Of a DNA stretch of 64,000 nucleotides, positions 11,147-19,851 are shown piece after piece (within the stretch, counting starts at the first letter, position 1; each line of letters begins with the position of its first letter). The notes beneath the pieces were generated by a model. It worked only from the letters and a program-made list of their open reading frames with translations. It was not told the DNA's origin and searched no databases. Source of the DNA: an uncultured Bacillota bacterium (GTDB lineage: Bacteria; Sysuimicrobiota; Sysuimicrobiia; Sysuimicrobiales; Segetimicrobiaceae); the NCBI GenBank assembly GCA_963804645.1, contig CAWDRG010000005.1, positions 296,089-360,088 of the forward strand, in the 5' to 3' direction. A program made the translations under genes and the position numbers.

Positions 11147-11791
11147 TTAGCGCCTCACCTTGCGGCGAAGCAGACCGGCGGCGCCGACCAGTCCGAAGGC
11201 GAACATCGAGAGCGAACTCGGTTCCGGTACGGGATTAGGGGCGATCTGGCCGGCTGAGATCTGTCCCTCCAGATCAAACCATGCGGTGCCAGTGTTCGCC
11301 AAACCGCTGCTGCCTCCCACGAGAACGGTGCCGCTGTCCAGGCTCGGGCTGATGTTAGCAAAAGTGGCGCTCGCGCTCTCGTAGTCATTTGGGTCGGTAG
11401 ATGTGAAGGAGCCGCCGCACTGAGCGGCCGTTGGGCTGGGAGAATAAGTGCCGATGCATGCACCGTCGCCGTCAAAGCCAAATACTCCGCTACCCACGCC
11501 GCCGGTGATCGCAACGCTCTTCAGTGTGCCACCCGACGAATTCAGAACGCCGATCAAGGTGTCTTCGATGCCGTCGAAGGGCCCCTGATCAGGCGATGCC
11601 GTGGTGACATTAAACCCCGTGGCTACGTCTGAACTGTTGACCGATGTAACCGTAAGCAGCAGTTCGCATCCATTAGTGTCATTACCGACAGGCGGGCACT
11701 CGGTAAAGGAGGCGGCATACACTGCGGGGGTGACTGCCCAGAGAAGCACCGCTACCGCAGTCAGCGCAATACCCCATCTTATCGTCCTCAT
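11147..11791 (-). CDS. PEP-CTERM (exosortase-sorted) surface protein
   Basis: Signal peptide MRTIRWGIALTAVAVLLWA...VYA; C-terminus PVPEPSSLSMFAFGLVGAAGLLRRKVRR; AAGGAGGT SD. Confidence 0.93.
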   Translation of the reverse strand: MRTIRWGIALTAVAVLLWAVTPAVYAASFTECPPVGNDTNGCELLLTVTSVNSSDVATGFNVTTASPDQGPFDGIEDTLIGVLNSSGGTLKSVAITGGVGSGVFGFDGDGACIGTYSPSPTAAQCGGSFTSTDPNDYESASATFANISPSLDSGTVLVGGSSGLANTGTAWFDLEGQISAGQIAPNPVPEPSSLSMFAFGLVGAAGLLRRKVRR

Positions 11792-12247
11792 GCACTTACC
11801 TCCTTGATCGCTGTGGTCGCTGTGGCATTGCTGGGTGGGCTACGGCATCCCCCCTCTCGTTCCGGGGCGACGAGGATCGCGTCTGCGGAGCGCTGACGCC
11901 CTCGGCGCGGAGTCTGACCTCGGAATGGGGCTCGCTGTCCGAACCCATCCTCCATCGAACTCGAATGTGCTTTCCCGTCCCACGGGGGAAATCTTTGTAT
12001 CACTTGAATGAAACAGGCCACAAAAACGAACGACCGCTGGTCGGTGCGGGTTACGAACGTGGCTGCCGAGGCGATTCTGATTACTTCCTTTGAAGGAGGC
12101 TTTGGAAGGAGGCTTTCTGGACCGGGGCGGCAGCAGTCCGGCGCGCACGTCATCCCGCGAGATGCACAGCTTCGCCCCGCGGCGTCGGTTCACTCGATTC
12201 GGTCCGCGCGGATGGCCGAGCCCAGCGCCGGGCCTGGTCGAGGCTCT

Positions 12248-12756
12248 CTAAACGGGCGGTCCGAAGCGGGTGCGCGAGCGTCGCAGCGCGGCACGCAGCC
12301 CCGGGCGGGCCAACTGAAGCGGCGCGCGACCCACCGCGTATCGTACCGTGAGCGGCGGCCGGCGGTGTTTGGTTGCGATCAGGCTTGCCACCTCGGCCCA
12401 GATCGCGCTCAGCAATCCGTTCACGGCGTGTCGGCGGGGCGCCGTGCGCCGATGCGCCAACGCGTGACGGAGCGCGCCGCGGAGCGCTTCGGTGCTCGTG
12501 GTGGGAGCGTCGGACGCGACCGCCACTCGGCGCGCCGCCCAGGCCAAGGCATCTCGCACCGTGTCCTGCCGCACGATGTGCGGGCATCGGGCGGCCGCGC
12601 CGATCATCTGGTCGGGAGCGAAAGCCTCGTCGGAGGCGTGCGCGAGCTGCGTGACGGTGAGCGCCTCGACGAGGGCACGAGCGTCCTCTCTCAGCGGACC
12701 GGTGGCAGCGGTCTGGGGGAGCTGCGTCAGGGCCTTGTCAATGATTAGCCGAACGG
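12248..12756 (-). other. Possible truncated hypothetical ORF (cargo), open from the right palindrome
   Basis: ORF 12248..12787 has its start inside the terminal repeat; helical, Ala-rich, family not recognised. Confidence 0.3.
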
Positions 12757-12791
12757 GGTAGTGGTAGCGTTCCCCAAACGCTACCACTACC
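12757..12791. repeat. Terminal palindrome, right (perfect 15-bp arms, 5-nt spacer)
   Basis: GGTAGTGGTAGCGTT-CCCCA-AACGCTACCACTACC. Confidence 0.92.
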
Positions 12792-13760
12792 TAGCCATCC
12801 CATGACTTGCGCCCCGTGGTTCGGCGGTGTGCGCTCTTGGCGTGGCGCAAGAACCGCTCCAGATCGTTGTTCGTCCGCGGGATCTCGGGGTGCAGAAAAC
12901 AGGTGAACAGCGTGTCGCCGAATCCCTGGGTGTACTTTTGGAAGGATTCCGCGAACAGTTCGTGCGCTGGCTGAGTCACCGCGGCCTGTGCGACCGCGGC
13001 CATGAGCGTGCGCACTCCCATCTTCGCCTGCGCCGCAGCATCATGGGGAAGCACGCCAGGGTATTTCTCTGGATCGATGACCCGAGCGAGACCCAGTAAC
13101 CACGTGTGTTGCTGCTTGAGCGTGGCGTAGTCAGCGCCGTAGATCTGGTGGCGAGTTGCGATGTGGGTCAGGGTCCGCATCATGGGTACGGGCCGGACCG
13201 CAAAGCACCGCTGCAGGGAGGCGTAGATACGCTCCAGATTCTCATAGGCGCGGATGCCCCCGGGTGCAAGTGGCGGCAGTCCGTTGGATCCCGTCGAGGG
13301 AGAGCACCAGCCCGCCGTTCTGCTCGATTTGGCGGCGCACCGCCTCGACTTGCTGGCCGGCCGTGCACCCGAGAAGTGCGAAGTACGCTTCGTAGAGGCC
13401 CTGGACGTGGCGCGCACTGATGATGACCCCGCGCTGGCCGAGCTCGGCATGGATCTCAGCCCGCGTGCAGTGGTCCACCGTCCGGAGGCGCCCCACCGTG
13501 ACCAGCACGTCCATGCCGTACGTCGAGCCCTTGAGGCTCAAGCCTTCGGCGACGGCGGAGCGGTACACGCGGCGGTCGCAAGCGGCAGTCCAGCATCGAT
13601 ACCCGAGGCTCCCGGCCCAGAGCACTTCGGACAGGCCGATGATATGTTTGCGCCAGACGGGGTGACTGTACACCAGAGGCGCCCCGCACACCAGACAGGT
13701 CCGGCATTCGGGGCGGAAGTAGACGCGCCGGGGAGCCGCAAACACACGCGCGCACCTCAC
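12792..13760 (-). pseudogene. Transposase of the 22-bp-TIR element, N-terminal and central part (apparent internal deletion with frameshift near 13283)
   Basis: CLVCG...CWTAAC zinc finger, YGMDVL and LVLSLDGIQ, then an abrupt frame switch to GLPPLAPGG...HPEIPRTNNDLERFLRHAKSAHRRTTGRKSWDG. Confidence 0.8.
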
Positions 13761-14146
13761 GGGCGCTTGCGGATCACCTCCGCAGGATCGAGTTGGGCGG
13801 CTTGCCGAAGGCGCTCCAAGAGACCTTGGAGCTCGACGTCGAGCGCGCGCAGGTGTCGAGCATGCGCCCGCCATCGCCGATACGCGCGGGCCGCTGTGCT
13901 GGCCGGACCCGCCTTGGTCGGCGCCACGGGGAACACGTGCGGCGTGCCCGCACGAAACACTGAGAGGCACCAATAGGGGCCGTGTTTCTTCCCCCGCATG
14001 CAGCGGCACCCCGGCTTCCCGCACACCCGGTAGCGCTTGAACAAAGAGCCGGTCAGAGTCGGCCCGATCGCTAACGCCTCCTCCAAGACAGCGGTTCTCA
14101 GGCGGTTCACCGCTTGCACCTTGGTGCGCAGGGCCTTGGGACCCAT
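13757..14146 (-). CDS. DUF6788-like small Cys/His protein, transposase-associated
   Basis: Motif GSLFKRYRVCGKPGCRCMRGKKHGPYW. GGAGGTG SD upstream. The stop overlaps the GTG of the next gene. Confidence 0.75.
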   Translation of the reverse strand: MGPKALRTKVQAVNRLRTAVLEEALAIGPTLTGSLFKRYRVCGKPGCRCMRGKKHGPYWCLSVFRAGTPHVFPVAPTKAGPASTAARAYRRWRAHARHLRALDVELQGLLERLRQAAQLDPAEVIRKRP

Positions 14147-14304
14147 CCGCCACCTCCGTCTTCTCTATCTGCCACTAGTATTCCTTTTCATAATGCCAGA
14201 TCTCAAACCAAAAAGAAAGGAGCATGCGAAGGAGCGCCGCCGAGCACTCCAGTCACCTGCTCCAGTGCCTGTCTATGGCCGTGATGCTACTTTTGCCATT
14301 ATGG

Positions 14305-14437
14305 AAAAAAAACGGCGCGCGTCCCCACCGTGCCGCAGGTGCGGGCCCAGCTCCAGTACGTCCTGAAAACCTGGACCGGTCGCTGCAGCGTCTGCGGTCA
14401 CCTCGTGCGCCGTCCGACCAAGAATGACCCATCTTAG
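14305..14437 (+). pseudogene. IS701-family transposase, displaced C-terminal piece
   Basis: Resumes at the A-run. One frame reads PTVPQVRAQLQYVLKTWTGRCSVCGHLVRRPTKNDPS*, ending just before the right IR. Confidence 0.75.
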
Positions 14438-14448
14438 ATGTGACTTTG

Positions 14449-16306
14449 GTCGAGTAGGACCAGCGATCGCTCGCTGGGACCCCTCTGCCGAACGGCTCGT
14501 ACGGATCTCCCGTAAGCCGCTCTACCCCATGCCGACTCGTGAGTCATCAGGAATATATCCGAAGAGAGTGGAGCCCCAGACGGCGGTAGAAGAATGTTTC
14601 AGAGTATCGCCGCCAGTTCGCCGTGCGCCAGCGTTTGGCCATGAAGGCCCGCAGCCTCCGAAGGATCCAGCGGTCCAGCGGCCTCCCGATCCGTCGCAAG
14701 TCGCCAATCCGGAAGAATCGTCCCCAACCGCGGAGCACTGGATTTAGCAGCGCCACGATCTCGTCCGCCCGACGCGGTTGGTTACGCCGCGTAAGATGAC
14801 GGACCTTGTCCCGGAGCCGCTGTATTGCTCGCGCCCGTGGCTGTAGGTGCAGTCCCTCCTCATCGCGCCAGAAGCGGAATCCAAGGAACTCAAATCCTTC
14901 CGTAATGTGAACGACCCGCGTCTTCGCAGGATGCAGTCGCAGTCCCAACTGCCCCTCCAGAATCTGGTGGACCTGCTCCAAGGCCGCCTCGGCGTCCTCG
15001 CGCGTTCGGCACACGATGACACTGTCATCAGCATACCGGACCGCGCGATGTCCTGCCGCGAGCATCTGATGATCGAAGGTGTTCAGAAACGCATTACTGA
15101 GCAGCGGCGAAACTACACCCCCTTGCGGGGTGCCCGCTACCAGGGTACGCTTCTTGCCCTCCTCCATCACCCCGGCCTGGAGAAACGCCTGCACGAGCCG
15201 GAGAATCCGCCCATCCGCCACCACCTCGGCGACTGCGGCCAGCAGCCGCGCATGGGACGCGGTGTCGAAAAACTGTTCAATATCGATTTCGACAATCCAC
15301 TCGCCCCCGTGATGCAGGCTCGCCATCACATCGCCAATGGCCTGATGCGCTGACCGTCCTGGACGAAACCCGTAACTGGTCTCCGCAAACCGCGGCTCAA
15401 AGTGCGGTTCCAGCCGCAGACGCATCGCCTGCGCCACGACGCGATCTCGTACAGCAGGGATCGCGAGGCCGCGACGACGTCCATCGGGTTTGGGAATGTA
15501 GACGCGACGCCCGGGCTGGGGCACATAGGCATCGTCCTTGAGGGCCGCCTGGAGTCCTTGCAACTCCTCATCCAAGTGTGCCTCAAATGCCTCAAGGCTC
15601 TGACCATCCACGCCCCACGTCCCGTGGTTCGCCTTGACCAGCGTCCAGGCCCGCCGCAGATTCGGCAGGTACCAGACCTTGTCGATGAGCGAGCCGACCT
15701 TGATCGGATGCACGTCCTCCGCCACTCCTCCTCCTTCCTGACCAGAGTCCTGTTGGTCGGGGTCTGCACCGGTCGCGGCTCGGGAGCTGCTCATGACAGA
15801 GATCCCTTACCCCGCGCTCGTCAAGCCGATCCCGCCTTCAGGCCACCAAGCATGGAGCGGGTCCCTTCGCTCTGCCAGGTTTCCCTGACCTCATCGCTAC
15901 GTCTGGACCCGTCCGACTCCTGAACGTGCATCGGGTTGGCTTTTCCCCTTCCGGGTTATACCGTCCCTACCTGTCCGCGCAGGACCGAACCCTACTCGCG
16001 ACAGGACACGCTCAGGCCTCCCCGGGTCATGCTGCTCTCTGTCCCACCATGCTGCCCGCACCCACGACTGATCCCCCCTGGTCTTCTCTGGATGCCCCTT
16101 CCTCCAGTACTAGCAGAGTCGGGCCTCCAGGGGTTCGCGCCGACCGGTTCGCCTGGCTTCGACAGCCTCGGCTGCGGCCTGGTGGTTTGCCTCAGGTCCT
16201 TCAGATTCCGCCTCGCGACGGACACCCTACCCTTTTCGGCTACGGTCCGCATCCAGCTGGACCGGCAGGTCTTTCACCTGCGAGAGAACAGCACTGCCGG
16301 GCACAC
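14449..16306 (-). mobile_element. Group II intron 2 (1858 nt) inserted inside the right terminal IR of the IS701 element
   Basis: 5' end GTGTGCCCGG; domain V GAGCGGCTTACGGGAGATCCGTACGAGCCGTTC; 3' end CCTACTCGAC. Removal restores a perfect 14-bp IR. Confidence 0.93.
14547..15794 (-). CDS. ltrA: Group II intron reverse transcriptase/maturase, no endonuclease domain
   Basis: SLIDKV, GVDG, IPAVRDRV, SYGFRPGRS, GTPQGGVVSPLLSN, YADD and LNPVLRGW. The real start is probably a GTG near 15713-15725. Confidence 0.94.
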   Translation of the reverse strand: MSSSRAATGADPDQQDSGQEGGGVAEDVHPIKVGSLIDKVWYLPNLRRAWTLVKANHGTWGVDGQSLEAFEAHLDEELQGLQAALKDDAYVPQPGRRVYIPKPDGRRRGLAIPAVRDRVVAQAMRLRLEPHFEPRFAETSYGFRPGRSAHQAIGDVMASLHHGGEWIVEIDIEQFFDTASHARLLAAVAEVVADGRILRLVQAFLQAGVMEEGKKRTLVAGTPQGGVVSPLLSNAFLNTFDHQMLAAGHRAVRYADDSVIVCRTREDAEAALEQVHQILEGQLGLRLHPAKTRVVHITEGFEFLGFRFWRDEEGLHLQPRARAIQRLRDKVRHLTRRNQPRRADEIVALLNPVLRGWGRFFRIGDLRRIGRPLDRWILRRLRAFMAKRWRTANWRRYSETFFYRRLGLHSLRIYS

Positions 16307-16311
16307 TAGTA

Positions 16312-17700
16312 CTAGGGTTTGGCGGGCGCGGACGGCGTGACGGTCGACGGCGCGTGGCTCGGCGTGATCGTCGAGCCGGGGCGTGTGGCCGGCGCCGCGC
16401 TGCCGGCGGGCGGCTGCAGGCCGAGAAAATCCTTAATCGGCTGCGGGAAGCTATCCAGCACCCCGGCCGCGAGCGTGTACTGGAGTCCGAGCGCGCGGTT
16501 CACCGCGACCCACCCGTTGTACTGTTTGTAAAACTGCACCGTGAATCTCGCGTCGGCGCCGCCGTCGGTCTGCACCTCGAACGCCGGGGCGGCCGCGAAC
16601 GAGGACGTCAGCGCCTGCACGCGGTCCGCGTCCATCAGGTTCACCGACGAAAACATGTCGGAGACGTTCTGATCGCTCAGGTCGCTCCCGGTAAACCCCG
16701 GGCCCTGACGGCGGACCTCGAGGGTCTTCCCGTTCCGGCGCCACGTGAACACGGTCAAGTCTTGAGGATTGTACGGCAGCACGTGGGTGCTGACGAGCGA
16801 GATCGGCGCGGGGGTCATCCGCCCGTCGAGGTCCGCGTCGAGCTCCATCACCGTGCGGCCGCCGGCGACCATCGCGTACGTCACCTTCGGCCCCTTCGCG
16901 AACAGCATCCGCAGGGGCTCCGGACGCCCCTTCATCGTGAGATCGAGCGTGACGTCCGGATGATCCAGCCCGTAGGGGGCCAGGTCGGTCACGCCGTCAT
17001 GGAACACCTTGCCGTCGGAGGTGGTGAGCGGGAAGAACAGATCCGTGACCTTGAAATCGTCGGCCGGCCACGGCCGGCTCCCCTCGATGCGCCAGCGGTC
17101 GGGGCCGGTGCGGTCCACGACCAGCGATTCCGTCGGCGACGTGATGCGCACCTGCTGGACGTCGGCGTTCGCGAAGTCCGCGAGGGTCTTCTGGCGGAGG
17201 TCCGCGGCGGTCTTCGTCAGCCCATCCTTCGCGGTGCTGTCGACGACGTACAGCGAGGTGCCGGGGTCGAGCTTGGCGTAGAGCGCGTTGCCGACCGGCG
17301 ACGGCTTCCCGAGCTCCACGGTCACCGATCGCCCGCCGGAAGTGCGCAGCGTCACGCGCACGGTCGGCCGGTCGAGGCCGTACGCCGCGAGATCGGTCGC
17401 GCCGCTGAGCGTCCGCTGGGGCACGATCCCGGTGACCGCGTCGAGGAAGTCCGAGACCGACAAGGAGGCCGCTGGGGTCTGAATCGGACGCGTGATCTGC
17501 CAGTGCGTGGGGTCGGTGCGTGACAGTTCGACCGTCTGGTTTGCGGTCGTGATCGTGATTCCGGTGATGTCGGCCTTCTTGAGCTGCACCAGATGGCTCG
17601 CCAGTTCCGCCCGCTGCGCCTGCGGCCGGTCCACCGCGAAGATGTACGCGGCGATCACCACCACGAGGCCGGCGAGGATGAGCGTCGCGCGGGGGGTCAC
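16312..17700 (-). CDS. DUF4340-domain exported protein
   Basis: N-terminal anchor and repeated DLAxYGLDxP motifs; follows the Gld-like ABC genes. Its TAG stop is part of the CTAG target. Confidence 0.85.
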   Translation of the reverse strand: MTPRATLILAGLVVVIAAYIFAVDRPQAQRAELASHLVQLKKADITGITITTANQTVELSRTDPTHWQITRPIQTPAASLSVSDFLDAVTGIVPQRTLSGATDLAAYGLDRPTVRVTLRTSGGRSVTVELGKPSPVGNALYAKLDPGTSLYVVDSTAKDGLTKTAADLRQKTLADFANADVQQVRITSPTESLVVDRTGPDRWRIEGSRPWPADDFKVTDLFFPLTTSDGKVFHDGVTDLAPYGLDHPDVTLDLTMKGRPEPLRMLFAKGPKVTYAMVAGGRTVMELDADLDGRMTPAPISLVSTHVLPYNPQDLTVFTWRRNGKTLEVRRQGPGFTGSDLSDQNVSDMFSSVNLMDADRVQALTSSFAAAPAFEVQTDGGADARFTVQFYKQYNGWVAVNRALGLQYTLAAGVLDSFPQPIKDFLGLQPPAGSAAPATRPGSTITPSHAPSTVTPSAPAKP

Positions 17701-19085
17701 AGGGCGCGCCTCTGGAAGTAGATCGTTCCGCCCGCGAACAGCAGGACGAGCGGCAGCACGATCACGCTCCCGATGAACAGATACCGTCCCTGCGGGCCGG
17801 AGATGATGAACGGGTCGAACGGCGACGTCCGCGGCGCGATGCTGACCAGATCGCCCGATTGGGTCAGCCAGGCGACCGCACTGACGAACAGATCGCGGTT
17901 CCCCACGAGGCCGATCGCCGTGTTCTTGATGAAGCTGCTGTTGCCGAACAGCACCGCGGAGCCCTTCGGAATCGGGGCCGACGCCGGCTTCGGGGCCGGC
18001 GGCTTCCCGGGAGCCGGTGTGGGGGCTGGCGGAGGCGTGCCCGGCGTCACCTCGACCGCGAGCACCGCCGGGCCCTTCACGTCACCCGGCTGGAACCCGG
18101 GATCCTTGGATTCGAGGTTCACCTTCACGTAGCTCTGGTCGGAGCTCTTCACCACCGGCGTCAGGGTCACGGTCGCCGCCTTCGGGTCGGGCACAAGCGG
18201 CGTCGCGACCGGGAACGCCGTGGCGAGGTTGAAGTTCGCCGTAATGTCGTTCGGCGGGTACTGGGCCGCGATCGGCACCGCGAGGTCGCCGCCGAGCAGG
18301 CGGGACACCGGGTCCAGCACGATCCCGCCGGGGGCACTCACGTGGAACGCCGTCGCGAGCCACGCCCGCGTCGCCGCCGGCGTCTGCGGGTCGACCATGA
18401 TCAGCAGCTTCCCGCCGCCCCGGTAGTACGCGTCGAGCGCGGCCTCTTCTTGCGGGAGAAGATCCTTCGAAGGCGACGGGAGGATCACCGCGGACGCGTT
18501 CGCCGGAATCCGGCCGGTCTGGACCAGCACCAGCCCCTGCACGTCGTAGCCTTTGTCCGTCAGCGCCTGCTTGGCGGTCCCCATGCCGGTCCGCGTGAAG
18601 TCGTCGAGCGCGACCTCGCCCTCGCCCTGGATGACGTAGACGGTCTTCTTGGCGGTCTGCAGCACATGGAGCAGGCCGTTCGTCAGGTTCGTCTCACTGT
18701 CGTCATCGGCCGTGTACGAGGCCGACCCGTGCTGGAACACGACCTGCCCGTACGTGGCGATGTGGTACTGCTGCGCCTGGGCGGGGCTGCGGTCGGGATC
18801 CACGATGCGGTACTGGAAGTCCTTGTTGTAGTACTGGTAGGTCTGCAGCATCTGGATGTACGATGGCGCCGAGTCCGCGCTCGGGAACGCGATCACCTGG
18901 ACCGGGCCGGGGAGCGTCTGGAGGACCTTGATCGTCTGGGGTGCGAGCGAGTGCGACCGCGTCGCGGTCAGATCCCAGCGCACGTGGTGCTCCGCCGCCA
19001 GATAATTGAGCCCGACGAGCAGCGCGGCGACCAGCACCGCCGAGACCAGTGCGTTGGTCGTCAACAGGGCGTTGCGGCGCTTCAT
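17697..19085 (-). CDS. GldG-like ABC-type uncharacterised transport auxiliary protein
   Basis: RWDLTATRSHSL, VDPD, GEGE, YYRGGGKLLIMVDP and GNRDLF; N- and C-terminal TM helices. Confidence 0.85.
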   Translation of the reverse strand: MKRRNALLTTNALVSAVLVAALLVGLNYLAAEHHVRWDLTATRSHSLAPQTIKVLQTLPGPVQVIAFPSADSAPSYIQMLQTYQYYNKDFQYRIVDPDRSPAQAQQYHIATYGQVVFQHGSASYTADDDSETNLTNGLLHVLQTAKKTVYVIQGEGEVALDDFTRTGMGTAKQALTDKGYDVQGLVLVQTGRIPANASAVILPSPSKDLLPQEEAALDAYYRGGGKLLIMVDPQTPAATRAWLATAFHVSAPGGIVLDPVSRLLGGDLAVPIAAQYPPNDITANFNLATAFPVATPLVPDPKAATVTLTPVVKSSDQSYVKVNLESKDPGFQPGDVKGPAVLAVEVTPGTPPPAPTPAPGKPPAPKPASAPIPKGSAVLFGNSSFIKNTAIGLVGNRDLFVSAVAWLTQSGDLVSIAPRTSPFDPFIISGPQGRYLFIGSVIVLPLVLLFAGGTIYFQRRAL

Positions 19086-19089
19086 CCCG

Positions 19090-19851
19090 CTACCTCCACT
19101 TTCGCGACTCGAGCGCGAGCACGCCGAGGAACACGAAGAACGCGGCGATACTCAGGAAGAAGACGATGTCCTGGGTGTCCACGACCCCGCTCGCCAGATT
19201 GCTGAAGTGGGTCGAGAACGACAGCGACGACAGCAGCTGCTGCGCGCCCGACCCCGACGCCTGCTGGGCGAACCCCAGCACCCAGAACAGCAGCAGCAGC
19301 GCGAACCCGATCGCCGCCGAGACGATCTGGTTCTCGTTGAGGGTGGAGGCGAACAGCCCGATCGCGATGAACGCGCAGCCGAGCAGCAGCAGGCCGATGT
19401 ACGTCGCGGCCAGCAGCCCCCAGTCGAGCCGCCCCATCGTCGCGAGCGCCAGCGGCATGTAGGTGCTGATCGCCAGCAGCACGATGAACAGCACCAGCCC
19501 CGCGAGGTACTTACCCAAGATGATCGCGGTGCTGGTCACGGGGGACGTCAGGAGGAGCTCCATCGTGTGCGCCCGGTCCTCCTCGGACACGAGGCGCATC
19601 GTAAAGATCGGCACGAGCAGGATCAGCACAAAGCTCGCATCCTGGAACAAGGGCGAGAAGATGATCCGCGTCGGGTCAAAGTCCGCCGGCGGCGGCCCCT
19701 GCAGCTGCAGCACCTGCCCGGTGTAAACGCCGATCAGGGCATAGAACAAGAACCCGACGACCAAGAAGAACATCGCGAGCGCCACGTAGGCGATCGGCGA
19801 CGTAAACAGCTGCTTCAGCTCCTTGCGGGCGATCACCAACGTGCCGCTCAT
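19090..19851 (-). CDS. ABC-2 permease (GldF-like)
   Basis: KELKQLFTSPIAY, TMRLVSEE...TMELLLTSP, ILGKY; six TM segments. Confidence 0.9.
   Translation of the reverse strand: MSGTLVIARKELKQLFTSPIAYVALAMFFLVVGFLFYALIGVYTGQVLQLQGPPPADFDPTRIIFSPLFQDASFVLILLVPIFTMRLVSEEDRAHTMELLLTSPVTSTAIILGKYLAGLVLFIVLLAISTYMPLALATMGRLDWGLLAATYIGLLLLGCAFIAIGLFASTLNENQIVSAAIGFALLLLFWVLGFAQQASGSGAQQLLSSLSFSTHFSNLASGVVDTQDIVFFLSIAAFFVFLGVLALESRKWR

Larger units (their letters stand above)
10255..12791. mobile_element. Non-autonomous cargo element (2537 bp) with palindromic termini, carrying a PEP-CTERM gene
   Basis: Termini GGTAATGGTAGCGT and (reverse complement) GGTAGTGGTAGCGT. Flanking 8-mers TAGCCCTC (10247-10254) and TAGCCATC (12792-12799). 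Excision restores the host ORF. No transposase recognised inside. Confidence 0.82.
9839..14304 (-). mobile_element. Unclassified two-gene IS-like element with perfect 22-bp TIRs, inserted in the IS701 A-run
   Basis: CCATAATGGCAAAAGTAGCATC (9839-9860) and its reverse complement (14283-14304). Flanked by A7 (9832-9838) and A8 (14305-14312). Confidence 0.88.
5238..16311 (+). mobile_element. IS701-family element (about 1.47 kb native) expanded to 11,074 bp by nested insertions
   Basis: CTAG direct repeats at 5234-5237 and 16312-16315. The left IR TACTACAAAGTCAC (5238-5251) is the exact reverse complement of the right IR rebuilt from 14440-14448 plus 16307-16311. Confidence 0.92.

Noticed and set aside
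11800..12240. Riboswitch in the long leader of the PEP-CTERM cargo gene
   Set aside because: Some hairpin potential, but I could not match any known aptamer consensus by eye; it needs a covariance-model search.
10251..12791. Palindromes as CRISPR repeats or integron attC sites
   Set aside because: Only two copies 2.5 kb apart, no spacers or cas genes, no RYYYAAC/GTTRRRY boxes and no integrase.
6788..15794. Two reverse transcriptases as a retron, DGR or defence RT system
   Set aside because: Both lie inside complete group II intron RNAs with domain V/VI and precise exon restoration. No TR/VR pair or msr-msd was seen.
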